DNA of 64,000 bases from Minisyncoccota bacterium (GCA_040879725.1 JBBDJV010000008.1:17856-81855), one strand, 5' to 3'. Counted from the stretch's first letter, positions 21,002 through 30,722 are shown. Program-made: numbers and translations. Notes: a model not told the origin generated them from the sequence alone.

Positions 21002-22063
21002 TTAAAGCATGAGAGCAACTATCGTCCCGGCAACAGAGCAAACAATTGAAAATATCCAAGCACGCATTGTTACTTTATATCCTGGCCAACCTATTGCCTC
21101 AAAATGGTGGTGTAGCGGTGCGACTTTAAAGAATTTTCTACCGAGAACCTTTTTATAAAAAATTTGAATGATAACCGAGAGGGATGAAAGTATAAGTGGG
21201 AGCGCGATAAGAGGAAGTACTATTACTGCTTTTGTTAAAAACGCAATGACGGTAATTGTGGTTGTTAATCCAAGCATGCCTGTTTCAGACATATAAAATC
21301 GAGCTGGTGGTATGTTGAACCAAAGAAATGCAAGAATGCCTCCTACAACAACAGTACAGAATGTTGCTATGTTTATCTGATCTTGAGCAAATGCAATTAC
21401 CGCGTAGGAAGAAAATATACTAGCCATTACGCCACCTGACAGGCCATCGATTCCATCTATTACTCCACCTGAAAACAGAGCTATCATTATAATGGTAAAA
21501 AAAGGAATGAATAAGTAGCCTAGTTCTAGTGTTCCCCAGAATGGAATAACTATGTCAGTAAAACCATCAAGCTTATACTGAAACCACCATCCACCCACTA
21601 CACCAATAAGTCCAACGACACCTATTCGCATCCATAGAGGCAGACCTCCTGCAATGTACCCACCGTTTCCTTTTACTACCAAGTAATCATCGATAAGTCC
21701 AAGAAGTGAAGCTACAAGGAGGGTGAACAAAGGAAGCCATGTCTGGTCTCTACTTAAAAAATTTAATTTTTCAAATAAATCATAGCTCGTTACATATGGT
21801 AGGAGAGCAAATAAAATTGTTGTTACTAATGCGCTGAACCATATGATCACCCCACCCATTCTAGGGGTTCCTACCTCTTTCTCTTTATGTAGTTTATTGA
21901 ATATTGGTGTTAAGCCACCACCAAGTCCTTGTGTTCGTGCAACTTTTTTCCAAACTTTATTTTTGTATAAAAAAGAAGTCAGTGCTGGTGTGCACAAAAT
22001 TCCAACCATAAATGCACTTAGGGCCGGGATAAAAACCTTTATGATATCAGCTGATTCGAGCAT
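21002..22063 (-). CDS. mraY: Phospho-MurNAc-pentapeptide transferase
   Basis: TPRMGG, GLIDD, DGIDGL, FNIPPARFYM, APLHHHFE. Confidence 0.95.
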   Translation of the reverse strand: MLESADIIKVFIPALSAFMVGILCTPALTSFLYKNKVWKKVARTQGLGGGLTPIFNKLHKEKEVGTPRMGGVIIWFSALVTTILFALLPYVTSYDLFEKLNFLSRDQTWLPLFTLLVASLLGLIDDYLVVKGNGGYIAGGLPLWMRIGVVGLIGVVGGWWFQYKLDGFTDIVIPFWGTLELGYLFIPFFTIIMIALFSGGVIDGIDGLSGGVMASIFSSYAVIAFAQDQINIATFCTVVVGGILAFLWFNIPPARFYMSETGMLGLTTTITVIAFLTKAVIVLPLIALPLILSSLSVIIQIFYKKVLGRKFFKVAPLHHHFEAIGWPGYKVTMRAWIFSIVCSVAGTIVALML

Positions 22064-22101
22064 TACCCCATTATACGGGGCAATATGATTTGCTCAAAGT
22101 A

Positions 22102-23094
22102 TTACTGTGTAATTTTCTTTAAGCTAGCCCAGGATAATTGCTCTATATCGTCAAACCTTCCTTCAAAGGTTGAACCGAGAACCGCTATTGCAATAGGGTG
22201 ATTTATGCCAGCGTCTATCAAAACAACCAAATTTCCGCCCGCTAGCTCTGTGTAGCCGGTCTTTGACCCAAGTACGTTAGGTAGCTTGTTTAATGTAGCG
22301 TTTGTATTACTTGCTTCATGCTCAAGTTCATTGAGTGAAGAAAAAGTAAGTTGAGAGTAGCGAGTCGCTTCAAGCAATTCAGGATGTTCCTGATATATGA
22401 TTGATATAAGGTGCGCCATATCTCGTGCAGACCCGTATGCTCCAGATTGACTTTCGCTTACATCAAGACCTGATTCATTCAAAAAATAAGTGGTGGAGAG
22501 CCCAAGTTCTTTAGCTTTTCTGTTCATTACATCTATAAACGTTTCGGGCGTAAGAATCTCGGTTGTTGATGCGGTACTATTCTCGACTTCATTTTGTGAG
22601 GGCAGTAATGCGTTTACGGCAGATGCAATGGCATGAGCTCCGTCATTTGAAGAAACCATAAGTGTGAAATCCAGAAGATCACGCGGTCTCCAACTTTCAT
22701 TTAAATACAACCCTGAATCCCCTTCTTCGAGCAATGACTCTCTTGAGATAGTTATTGTATTGGCTTTTTCAAAGTAGTCCTTGAAAGCATACGCAGTCAT
22801 TAGTTTGGTAACTGACGCAAGAGGTAGTTGGGTGTCGGGATTTAACTCAAAAAGTACTTCACCGGTAACGGTGTCGAACACATATGCGGAAGTTGCCTGT
22901 ATTGAAATAGAATTAAAAGGATCCTCGAGTATTACTTCCTCAGATTCAAGTACGCTCTCTGGTTCAGTAACCGCTACTTGCTCTGTTTTTGTTGCTGGAG
23001 AGAAAGGTATGACAGATAGAATAGCCAGAGGCAATAACACCCCACCGAGTGACTTAATTTGTTCATCTGAAAGTGTAATGTTAGGTATTTTCAT
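22102..23094 (-). CDS. D-alanyl-D-alanine carboxypeptidase (S11)
   Basis: SxxK (ASVTK), SxN (SSND) and KTG (SKTGYT) motifs with an N-terminal anchor. Start at ATG 23094. Confidence 0.9.
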   Translation of the reverse strand: MKIPNITLSDEQIKSLGGVLLPLAILSVIPFSPATKTEQVAVTEPESVLESEEVILEDPFNSISIQATSAYVFDTVTGEVLFELNPDTQLPLASVTKLMTAYAFKDYFEKANTITISRESLLEEGDSGLYLNESWRPRDLLDFTLMVSSNDGAHAIASAVNALLPSQNEVENSTASTTEILTPETFIDVMNRKAKELGLSTTYFLNESGLDVSESQSGAYGSARDMAHLISIIYQEHPELLEATRYSQLTFSSLNELEHEASNTNATLNKLPNVLGSKTGYTELAGGNLVVLIDAGINHPIAIAVLGSTFEGRFDDIEQLSWASLKKITQ

Positions 23095-23674
23095 GAATCT
23101 CTTCAGCTTTCTTATTTTCATCTCCACTATTTTCATTTTCTTCCTCTTTTTGCATTTCAAGCGTGTTTGAAAGTTTATTTTTTACTTCATTAAAATCAGG
23201 TAAATCTTCCAGTTTTGTAACGCCTAGATGAGCAAGAGTTTCTGTAGTGACAGAATAGAGAAATGTTCGTTGGTCTGTTTTGTGTTGCTCTCGTTTTACT
23301 AATCCTCGCATAGTGAGGTGTCTGAGAATAAAAGATGAGTTTACTCCTCTTATGTAATCAATCTCACTTCTTGTAGATGCACCACGGTATAAAAGTATCG
23401 CAACGGTTTCAAGTCCTGCTTTGCCAATGTCCTTCGATAACTCTTCTTTGCGATGAGCTTCGATTAGACTGTGTGAATCCGGATGCGTTCTTAGTTCAAG
23501 TGTATCCTCATGCATCACAAGTGACACACCTCTTCCAGTAAGCGTGGTTTGAAGTAATTGTGCTCCTGCTTTTACATCATCTTCAGAAACCGAGAGAATA
23601 CGTGCCAGTTCTGATACTCGCATCGGCTCAGCGGAATAAAAAAGAAGTGCTTCTATCGCTCTGTCTGTATCCAT
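23081..23674 (-). CDS. scpB: SMC-Scp complex subunit ScpB
   Basis: IEALLF, LETVAILLY...TRSEIDYIRGVNS, YxVT...LxDLP. Confidence 0.94.
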   Translation of the reverse strand: MDTDRAIEALLFYSAEPMRVSELARILSVSEDDVKAGAQLLQTTLTGRGVSLVMHEDTLELRTHPDSHSLIEAHRKEELSKDIGKAGLETVAILLYRGASTRSEIDYIRGVNSSFILRHLTMRGLVKREQHKTDQRTFLYSVTTETLAHLGVTKLEDLPDFNEVKNKLSNTLEMQKEEENENSGDENKKAEEIHENT

Positions 23675-23692
23675 ACCTACATCGTACCGTAT

Positions 23693-24418
23693 TTATCCGT
23701 AATGAGGAAGCGAAACTTGCTTTGATTCAATGCTAATATCTGAAAATTTATCTTCTTGCGCCACATCAAGTATTCCCTGCTTTACTAATTCGAGTAACGC
23801 TAAAAAACTTACAATAACTTCAACCTTTTCGCTCGTATTCCCAGTAAATTCGGAGAAGCTGGTTTTCAGTGTTTTGCTTACTCTTTCGGTAAGTTTCTGT
23901 ATCATCTCTTCAAGTGTGATAACCTTTTTGACTGAGGTGCTTACCTTCTTTGTTTTTTCAGGGACTTTTGATAATAAGTCTTCAAGTGCAGGAAAAAGAT
24001 TCTCAGGGCACAGGTCTTTGGATGGAGCAAAAACCACCATTTTTTCTTTCCTAGGTCTTCGAGAATATAGTATCGAAGTTCCGAATTGCTCTTGTAGCAA
24101 CTTCCCTGTTTCTTGAATTATTTTATACGCACGCAGTCTCTTTTCTAAGTCTTCCATGTCGCCTTGCTCTTCTTTTGTAAAAGAGAGAATGGGCAGAAGA
24201 GACTTCGATTTTATAAGAAGAAGTGTTGATGCTACGAGGATAAACTGCGCGGTATATTCAGTGGGGAAATGCCCTAGAGACTTAAGGTGGTTTATGTAGT
24301 CTTCCGTAACGGATGCAAGAGAAATATCATTGATAAGCATTTTGCGCTTCTCAATGAGATTAAGAAGTGTTTCAAGTGGTCCTTCAAATTGCTCTGTACG
24401 AACCGTGTATGTGCTCAT
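23693..24418 (-). CDS. scpA: Kleisin ScpA
   Basis: FEGPLETLLNLI...A.LLLIKSKSLLP and VIVSFLALLELVK. Confidence 0.94.
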   Translation of the reverse strand: MSTYTVRTEQFEGPLETLLNLIEKRKMLINDISLASVTEDYINHLKSLGHFPTEYTAQFILVASTLLLIKSKSLLPILSFTKEEQGDMEDLEKRLRAYKIIQETGKLLQEQFGTSILYSRRPRKEKMVVFAPSKDLCPENLFPALEDLLSKVPEKTKKVSTSVKKVITLEEMIQKLTERVSKTLKTSFSEFTGNTSEKVEVIVSFLALLELVKQGILDVAQEDKFSDISIESKQVSLPHYG

Positions 24419-25812
24419 GCTTTCTTATCAATAGAAATACCAAGTTCGATAAGTTGCGTAGCTGATACTTTACTCGGCGCCTCAAGCATAAGGTCACGTC
24501 CTTCACCTGTTTTTGGAAACGCTATTACCTCTCTAATATTAGGCTCATTCAAAAGAATCATCAGTAACCTATCAAAGCCCCAAGCGATACCGCCATGTGG
24601 CGGAGTGCCTGTTTTAAAGGCTTCTAGCATGTGTCCAAAGTTCTCTTGTATCGCTTCAGGTGAATGTCCGAGTATTGCAAGGATTTTTTCCTGCACTTTT
24701 GCATTGTGAATACGAATACTACCACCTCCTATCTCAAGGCCGTTTAGCGCGATGTCATACTGGTTTGAAATGATTGATTCAAGATTCTTTTCATTCATCA
24801 CATCATCCACGTACTCGTCCTTCGGTGAACAGAATGGGTTGTGACTAAAGGTATATCCGGTATCAGTTTTTTCAAAAAGAGGAAAATCAATCACCCAGCA
24901 AAACGCTAAAAGATTTGGGTCTTTTTTATCTTCTCGCAAGTCAGGTCTGTCATTTCCGTATTTTTCCATCGCTTCTTTATAAGTAAGACGCGGGAAAGGA
25001 ATTTGTTGAATTACTTTTTCCGGAAACAGAACTTTCACAATATCAATCAGTAGCTCTTCATTAAGGCGAAGTATTTCCTCTCGTGTTGGAAATGCCATCT
25101 CCATATCAAGCTGAGTAAATTCTGGCTGCCTATCTCCACGTGTATCTTCGTCTCTCATGCAACGCGCGATTTGGAAATACTTTTCAAAACCAGAAGCCAT
25201 CAGAAGCTGTTTAAACTGCTGTGGCGACTGAGGTAGTGCGTAAAACTGTCCATTGTCGAGGCGTGAAGGTACGATATAGTCTCGCGCTCCTTCCGGAGTT
25301 GACTTGGTAAGAAGAGGTGTTTCAATTTCAATAAAATTTTTCGCATCCAGAAAGTCACGGATAAATTTCGTTACTTCGTAGCGCTTACGAATATTTTTCT
25401 GAAGCCGTGCTCGTCTTAAATCCAAATAGCGATAACGAAGACGAGACTCTTCTCCTATTTCATGACCATCGGTTGAAATATCAATAGCTGGTGTTTCTGA
25501 CTCATTGAGTATGGTTATAGAAAGAAGTTCAAGCTCAATTGAGCCATTCATCTCGTCCTGCTTGACCATTTTCGGAGGACGCTCGTTGACTTGTGCTGTA
25601 ACCTCTACAACCCACTCAGTACGGAGCTTGTTTGCCACTTCCTGAGCTTCTGTATGGTTTGGCAGTGCTACAGCTTGTACCTTCCCTGTTTCGTCTCGAA
25701 GGTCAAGGAAAATAAGCTTTCCGTGATCACGGCGTATGTCCACGAGCCCAAGAACACAAACACTGTCCCCTACTCTGTTCTTTAAATCCTTTATGTATAT
25801 TCTTTCTTTCAT
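24415..25812 (-). CDS. aspS: Aspartate--tRNA ligase (short, lacks GAD insertion, likely non-discriminating)
   Basis: RRDHGKLIFLDLRD, STPEGARD, ALPQSPQ, RQPEFTQLD, PPHGGIAWGFDR; only 465 aa. Confidence 0.93.
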   Translation of the reverse strand: MKERIYIKDLKNRVGDSVCVLGLVDIRRDHGKLIFLDLRDETGKVQAVALPNHTEAQEVANKLRTEWVVEVTAQVNERPPKMVKQDEMNGSIELELLSITILNESETPAIDISTDGHEIGEESRLRYRYLDLRRARLQKNIRKRYEVTKFIRDFLDAKNFIEIETPLLTKSTPEGARDYIVPSRLDNGQFYALPQSPQQFKQLLMASGFEKYFQIARCMRDEDTRGDRQPEFTQLDMEMAFPTREEILRLNEELLIDIVKVLFPEKVIQQIPFPRLTYKEAMEKYGNDRPDLREDKKDPNLLAFCWVIDFPLFEKTDTGYTFSHNPFCSPKDEYVDDVMNEKNLESIISNQYDIALNGLEIGGGSIRIHNAKVQEKILAILGHSPEAIQENFGHMLEAFKTGTPPHGGIAWGFDRLLMILLNEPNIREVIAFPKTGEGRDLMLEAPSKVSATQLIELGISIDKKA

Positions 25813-25823
25813 TTTTTTATTGG

Positions 25824-26795
25824 TTAATTCGTAACACCTATTGCAACTTTTGCTTGAAGGAGTTTTTCTGAAGCAATCTTGTTTGCTTTCTTCGCTCCAT
25901 TTTCCAAAACGGAATCAATATAATCTGGCTTTTGTAAAAGTGAAGTATATTTTTCTCTCAAGGGTGTGATGAACTCAATTATTTTACTAGAGAGAAGTTC
26001 TTTTGCTTCTTTGTATCCCAACTCCCCTGTTTCGTATCTATCCTTCAATGCGACTTTTTCACTTTCATTTACAAAGAGCGAAATGAGTGTGAACAAAGTA
26101 TCTCCAGGGTCATTTCGGGTTCCTTTTGCATTTGAATTGGTAACAACGCTCATACATGCTCTTTCTATTACTTCATCAGTTCCAAACAAAGGAATAACGT
26201 TGTTGTAGCTCTTGCTCATTTTCTGACCATCGAGCCCCGGCACTGTTTTAACAGATTCAATAATAAGTGGTTCTGGTGAAGTAAACACTTCTTCATTAAA
26301 AATTCGGTTAAACTTTAAAGCGGTATCTCTCGCTATTTCAATGTGTTGTTTTTGGTCTTGTCCAACCGGTACAACCTGTGGGCTGTAAAGGAGAATGTCT
26401 GACGCCATAAGCAGTGGGTAATTAAACGTTCCCACAGATATATCCTTATTTTTTGCTTCAGCATCTTTAAACGCATGCGCTCGCATTAGATACGGCATTG
26501 TTGTGATTGAAGTGAAAATAGTGAAAAGCTCTGTATGCGCGGAAATATCAGACTGCTTAAACAGAACTACCTTTTCAGGATCAAGCCCGCAAGCTATATA
26601 TGACGCGGCAATACTTCTCGACAGTGTTTGCATCTCACTTTTATTTTGTATGAAATTCAATGCGTGATAGTCAGCAATAAAAACAAACGCCTCATAGTCG
26701 TTTTGAAGGTCAATAAACTGCTTGAGTGCACCAAAGTAGTTCCCGATATGTAGTTCGCCTGTGGGTTTTATGCCTGATAACAGTCTTTTTTTCAT
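25824..26795 (-). CDS. trpS: Tryptophan--tRNA ligase
   Basis: SGIKPTGELHIGNY, YPLLMASDIL, VPVGQDQKQH, KMSKS. Start at ATG 26795. Confidence 0.96.
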   Translation of the reverse strand: MKKRLLSGIKPTGELHIGNYFGALKQFIDLQNDYEAFVFIADYHALNFIQNKSEMQTLSRSIAASYIACGLDPEKVVLFKQSDISAHTELFTIFTSITTMPYLMRAHAFKDAEAKNKDISVGTFNYPLLMASDILLYSPQVVPVGQDQKQHIEIARDTALKFNRIFNEEVFTSPEPLIIESVKTVPGLDGQKMSKSYNNVIPLFGTDEVIERACMSVVTNSNAKGTRNDPGDTLFTLISLFVNESEKVALKDRYETGELGYKEAKELLSSKIIEFITPLREKYTSLLQKPDYIDSVLENGAKKANKIASEKLLQAKVAIGVTN

Positions 26796-26826
26796 GCTTT
26801 TGAGTGTACCAGAAAAACGTCTAATT

Positions 26827-27270
26827 TTAAAGCTGTTTTGCTGAAAGGTACTCGAGCACACTGTTTAGGAGCTTACTTCGTGTTTCGGTGAGTTGCACGT
26901 CCTTTGCGTGAGCAAGGTCTACCCATTTGGTATCATTTACCTCGTCTACTTGTGGAGAAAGCTCTTTCGAATAAACAATCGCGGGTGCGTATTCGACAAC
27001 TTTTAAACGTGGATAGCCTTCCTTGTGGTGTGTATATGATTCAGAAAAAATGAGCCCTTCAAGTAATTCAAAATCAGTGATTCCTGTTTCTTCAGAAAAT
27101 TCTCTCTTGGCAGCTATGAGAGGCTCTTCGTCCTTTTCAGAGTGACCTTTAGGAAAACCCCACTTGCCTTCTTTGTGCTGAATGAACAAAACTTCAATTT
27201 CTCCGTTTTTGTTTTTATAGAGCGGAACTATGCCGTATGAGTATTCGGTATCACTCGCTCCCTCTTTCAT
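26827..27270 (-). CDS. Nudix hydrolase (Ap4A hydrolase-like)
   Basis: WGFPKGH plus an intact Nudix box GHSEKDEEPLIAAKREFSEETGI. Confidence 0.88.
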   Translation of the reverse strand: MKEGASDTEYSYGIVPLYKNKNGEIEVLFIQHKEGKWGFPKGHSEKDEEPLIAAKREFSEETGITDFELLEGLIFSESYTHHKEGYPRLKVVEYAPAIVYSKELSPQVDEVNDTKWVDLAHAKDVQLTETRSKLLNSVLEYLSAKQL

Positions 27271-27329
27271 ATGAGTAGTATACCATGATGGTGGTATGTA
27301 TTAATAGGATTAACTTATCTTGATAGTCA

Positions 27330-27355
27330 ATTTTTAAAAGTATACTTTTAAAAAT
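27330..27355. repeat. Perfect 26-bp palindrome in the Nudix/thrS divergent intergenic region
   Basis: ATTTTTAAAAGTATACTTTTAAAAAT equals its own reverse complement. Confidence 0.85.
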
Positions 27356-27509
27356 AAAGATAGATGGAATTATTCAATTTTTTTGCTTTTTTCCTGTAAT
27401 GTTTTATACTTGTCCTATCAGAAATTGCCTCGACCACCAACCGAGCGCACCGCAACCAAGCGACTTATAGCCTCGCCCTAATCTGATAATACTTTATTTT
27501 ACACAATCC

Positions 27510-29276
27510 ATGTCATCCATAGAACAGATCAGACATTCGTACGCGCACCTCCTGGCCGCAGTCATCGAAAAGATGTATCCTGGCGCAAAAAACACCATCG
27601 GTCCAGCTGTCGAGAACGGCTTTTATTATGACTTCGAGTTCCCAACAGGCGAAGATGACAAGTCTGCTGGACCAACAAACAAAGACTTCCTGAAGATCGA
27701 GTCGAATATGCGAAAGCTCCTTCCCCATTGGAAGGGATTCGAAAAAATCGTCGTCACCGCAGACGAAGCTCGTGCTAAATTCAACAACAACCCTTACAAG
27801 CTTGAGCTCATTGAGGAAATCGTCAAAAAAGGCGAGAAAATTACTCTCTATAAATCAGGTGAATTCATAGACCTCTGTCGCGGTGGCCATTCCGATATCA
27901 AAGACATGAAACCCGACGCTTTTAAAATTGACCGCATCGCCGGCGCATACTGGCGTGGCGACGAAAAGAACAAAATGCTCACCAGAATCTATGGATTGGC
28001 GTTTTCGACGAAGGAAGAGCTCGATGCCTATCTGGCACAGCAAGAAGAGATGAAGAAGCGCGACCATCGTATACTCGGAAAAGATCTCCAGCTTTTTACC
28101 TTCTCGCCTATCGTTGGTTCAGGTCTCCCGATCTGGCTTCCCAAAGGCGCAACTGTCCGACGTATACTTGAGCGCTTTATTGTCGATACAGAGATCGAAT
28201 GGGGCTATCTTCATGTAAACACGCCAGATATCGCTAAGCTCGACCTCTACAAGAAATCAGGACACTACCCGTATTACAAGGAATCGATGTACGCACCTAT
28301 CAAGATTGATGAGGACGAGTTCATGCTTCGTCCGATGACCTGTCCCCATCATTTTCAAATCTTCTCTGATTCACCAAAGAGCTACCGCGATCTCCCGATG
28401 AGGATTGCCGAGCTCGCAAAGCTCTATCGCTATGAGGCATCCGGCGAACTCTCAGGCCTGATCCGCGTCCGTGGATTCTGTCTTGCAGATGCACACATTA
28501 TCGCCGCTGATGAAAGTCAAGCGAAGTCTGAAGTCATGAAGGCTCTCGACCTCATAGAATATATCGCAAAGATCTTTGGACTCGCGCAAGGACAAGACTA
28601 TCGCTATCGATTGTCGCTCGGAGACCGATCCAACAGCGTAAAATATTATAAAAACGATGAAGCGTGGAGCAAAGGAGAAGCTGTTCTGCGTGAAGTTCTC
28701 CAAGAGAGAAAGTGCTCGTTCTTTGAAGTCGAAAATGAAGCTGCGTTCTATGGTCCAAAGATAGATATTCAGATGAAAGACGTGCGCGGAAAAGAAAATA
28801 CCGCCTTTACCGTTCAATATGACTTCTGTATGCCTGACCGCTTCGAGCTCGAATATACGGCTCAAGACGGTACCAAAAGACGTCCAATCGTTATCCATCG
28901 CTCTTCCATCGGCGCCATCGAACGCGTCATGGCGTTTCTCATCGAGCACTATGCAGGTAACTTTCCGCTCTGGCTAGCCCCAGTTCAGGTGAAGATTTGC
29001 CCTGTCCGTGAGACGAATTTTGACTGTGCAAAAGAGGTTGGAGAAATCCTAGCCAAGACAGGTATACGCGTAGACGTTGATCTTAGTCCTGCAGGCTTTG
29101 GCAAAAAAATTCGCGAAGCAAACGATATGAAAATTCCATATACTATTATTATCGGTGACCAAGACATGAAAAAAGGCGTCGTAACTCTGGAATCCCGCGA
29201 CAAAGGAAAGATTGGAGAAATGGAAGTAGAAAAGGTCAGCGAAATACTAACGAAGGAAAGCGAATCAAAGAAGTAA
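27510..29276 (+). CDS. thrS: Threonine--tRNA ligase (no TGS domain)
   Basis: RHSYAH, DLCRGGH, RDHR.LG, LRPMTCPHH, AAFYGPKID, HRSSIGAIER. Confidence 0.97.
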   Translation: MSSIEQIRHSYAHLLAAVIEKMYPGAKNTIGPAVENGFYYDFEFPTGEDDKSAGPTNKDFLKIESNMRKLLPHWKGFEKIVVTADEARAKFNNNPYKLELIEEIVKKGEKITLYKSGEFIDLCRGGHSDIKDMKPDAFKIDRIAGAYWRGDEKNKMLTRIYGLAFSTKEELDAYLAQQEEMKKRDHRILGKDLQLFTFSPIVGSGLPIWLPKGATVRRILERFIVDTEIEWGYLHVNTPDIAKLDLYKKSGHYPYYKESMYAPIKIDEDEFMLRPMTCPHHFQIFSDSPKSYRDLPMRIAELAKLYRYEASGELSGLIRVRGFCLADAHIIAADESQAKSEVMKALDLIEYIAKIFGLAQGQDYRYRLSLGDRSNSVKYYKNDEAWSKGEAVLREVLQERKCSFFEVENEAAFYGPKIDIQMKDVRGKENTAFTVQYDFCMPDRFELEYTAQDGTKRRPIVIHRSSIGAIERVMAFLIEHYAGNFPLWLAPVQVKICPVRETNFDCAKEVGEILAKTGIRVDVDLSPAGFGKKIREANDMKIPYTIIIGDQDMKKGVVTLESRDKGKIGEMEVEKVSEILTKESESKK

Positions 29277-29278
29277 AC

Positions 29279-29316
29279 AATCACCTGCCCCTATTAGGGC
29301 AGGTGATTTTGTGTTT
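29279..29316 (+). terminator. thrS intrinsic terminator
   Basis: AATCACCTGCCC-CTATTA-GGGCAGGTGATT followed by TTGTGTTT. Confidence 0.85.
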
Positions 29317-29562
29317 GCAGGATAATCGCCAGCAGGGCGACTTGTGACTGTTACAGAGATTAGCTTGCTAAACAGCGATAGCTGATCAACTTCGTTATGA
29401 TGATGTTGATGACGAATGTACCTTCGTATGATCTACTCATCTAATCCAGTAGTTGAAACAAAGTATCCACATGCCTACAAGACTTTCTTTTTAATATAGT
29501 CGTGGGTTCTCTTAATTTTTTTCTTCATCCACCCTGACAACTTTCCTTTGATATTATTAAGT

Positions 29563-29587
29563 AAAAAAGCCCCGACTTGCGAGGCTT
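29563..29587 (-). terminator. Terminator of the HDAC gene
   Basis: Minus strand AAGCCTCG-CAAGT-CGGGGCTT followed by TTTT. Confidence 0.75.
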
Positions 29588-29598
29588 GTGCTAATACT

Positions 29599-30546
29599 TT
29601 AGAGAATTTCAGACAATTTGTTGAGCGTGAGTGCATTATTTTCCGTAATATTCAAAGAAGATGCACTAATCTCACCAACGTAGTCGAATTTGTCACCGGA
29701 AATACCTGAAGTGAACGAATATACGCACTCTGGGACTTCATCGTGGTAGCCACCTTCTAAGACAGCAAAAGTAGGTTTACCGATAGAAGCTATGAGTTTA
29801 CCGGCTTCGTAAAATCCTCGCTTCGTGTAATTGAGCTTAAGTAGTCGATCCTTACCATAGCCGTCAGCACCAAATGATACTGCCACATGGTCAGGATTAA
29901 ACTTTTCAATGTACTGTTTCAGAAAACCGATCGATGCCAGTAATACGTCATCACCTGATTCCTGCTCCAACGGTACATTGATCACTTTTTGAAAGCTCGG
30001 ACCTTTACCGATATCTGAAGCTGAACCAGAATACGGGTATATGCCCGATTGATGGATAGAGCAATACAACACCTTATCGCTATTACGAAATATTGCTTGA
30101 GTACCGTTTCCGTGGTGACCGTCAATATCAATAATACAAACCCGCGATCCACTTTCCAATAAGTAGGAGGAAGCGACAGCCACATTATTAAAAAAACAGA
30201 AACCTTCTGCTTTCTCTTTCGAGGCGTGATGACCTGGTGGACGAGTTACGGCAAACCCATTTTCACGAGCTGCCATAATAGCCAAGGTTACAGAAGCAAT
30301 CATTGCACCATAACTATCTGGCGTGAGTGGAACCTCAGCAAGCTCACACTTGGATTTACAGGCGCCTCTAACTTTTTGAACATATCTAGCTGAATGAACG
30401 GATTTCAGATATTTATCTGCCACGCTGGCAAGCTCAGGTAGCTGTTGTTCTGATACGCTTTCCTTGAACCCCGAGACACGATACGAGCCCTCGACATCCG
30501 AGTTTGAATTATGGCTTTGTGTTACCTTGCAGTGAAAAATTTTCAT
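29599..30546 (-). CDS. Zn-dependent histone deacetylase-family (HDAC/AcuC-like) amidohydrolase
   Basis: RPPGHHA, GFCFFNN, DIDGHHGNGTQ, SFGAD, LEGGY. Confidence 0.93.
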   Translation of the reverse strand: MKIFHCKVTQSHNSNSDVEGSYRVSGFKESVSEQQLPELASVADKYLKSVHSARYVQKVRGACKSKCELAEVPLTPDSYGAMIASVTLAIMAARENGFAVTRPPGHHASKEKAEGFCFFNNVAVASSYLLESGSRVCIIDIDGHHGNGTQAIFRNSDKVLYCSIHQSGIYPYSGSASDIGKGPSFQKVINVPLEQESGDDVLLASIGFLKQYIEKFNPDHVAVSFGADGYGKDRLLKLNYTKRGFYEAGKLIASIGKPTFAVLEGGYHDEVPECVYSFTSGISGDKFDYVGEISASSLNITENNALTLNKLSEIL

Positions 30547-30692
30547 AGTTTTATCTTATGGTAGCAAAAGTGATCATAAACGCCCGTGGAAGAAAATCTG
30601 TGCTAAATCAGACGGCAAGAACAAAAGGGGCTATTCTATATTAAATTGCCAGAGGTGAAATAATTAATTAAAACCACCCACAAAATATGTAG

Positions 30693-30722
30693 TTGACATA
30701 TAATAATGCGAGATGCTATCAT
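30693..30722 (+). promoter_or_regulatory. Sigma70-type promoter for the DUF397 gene
   Basis: TTGACA-N18-TATCAT with TG extended -10, the same geometry as 15392-15421. Confidence 0.7.

Noticed and set aside
24415-25812. Short AspRS as a pseudogene
   Set aside because: All class II motifs and the anticodon domain are intact; only the GAD insertion is cleanly absent.
27420-27500. T-box riboswitch or Thr-rich attenuator peptide upstream of thrS
   Set aside because: No GGTGGNACC T-box motif or terminator on the sense strand, and the small ORFs are not convincingly Thr-rich. Kept only as a weak structured-leader candidate.
29475-29565. Short minus-strand frame ...NNIKGKLSGWMKKKIKRTHDYIKKKVL* that could be a gene remnant, plus a 26-codon ORF near 29360-29440
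   Set aside because: Too short, with no recognisable family and no expression signals; cannot be supported without a search.
30680-30695. NrdR-box-like ACAAAATATGTAGTTG overlapping the DUF397 -35 box
   Set aside because: Single copy with a mismatch at a conserved position, and no nucleotide-reduction gene nearby.
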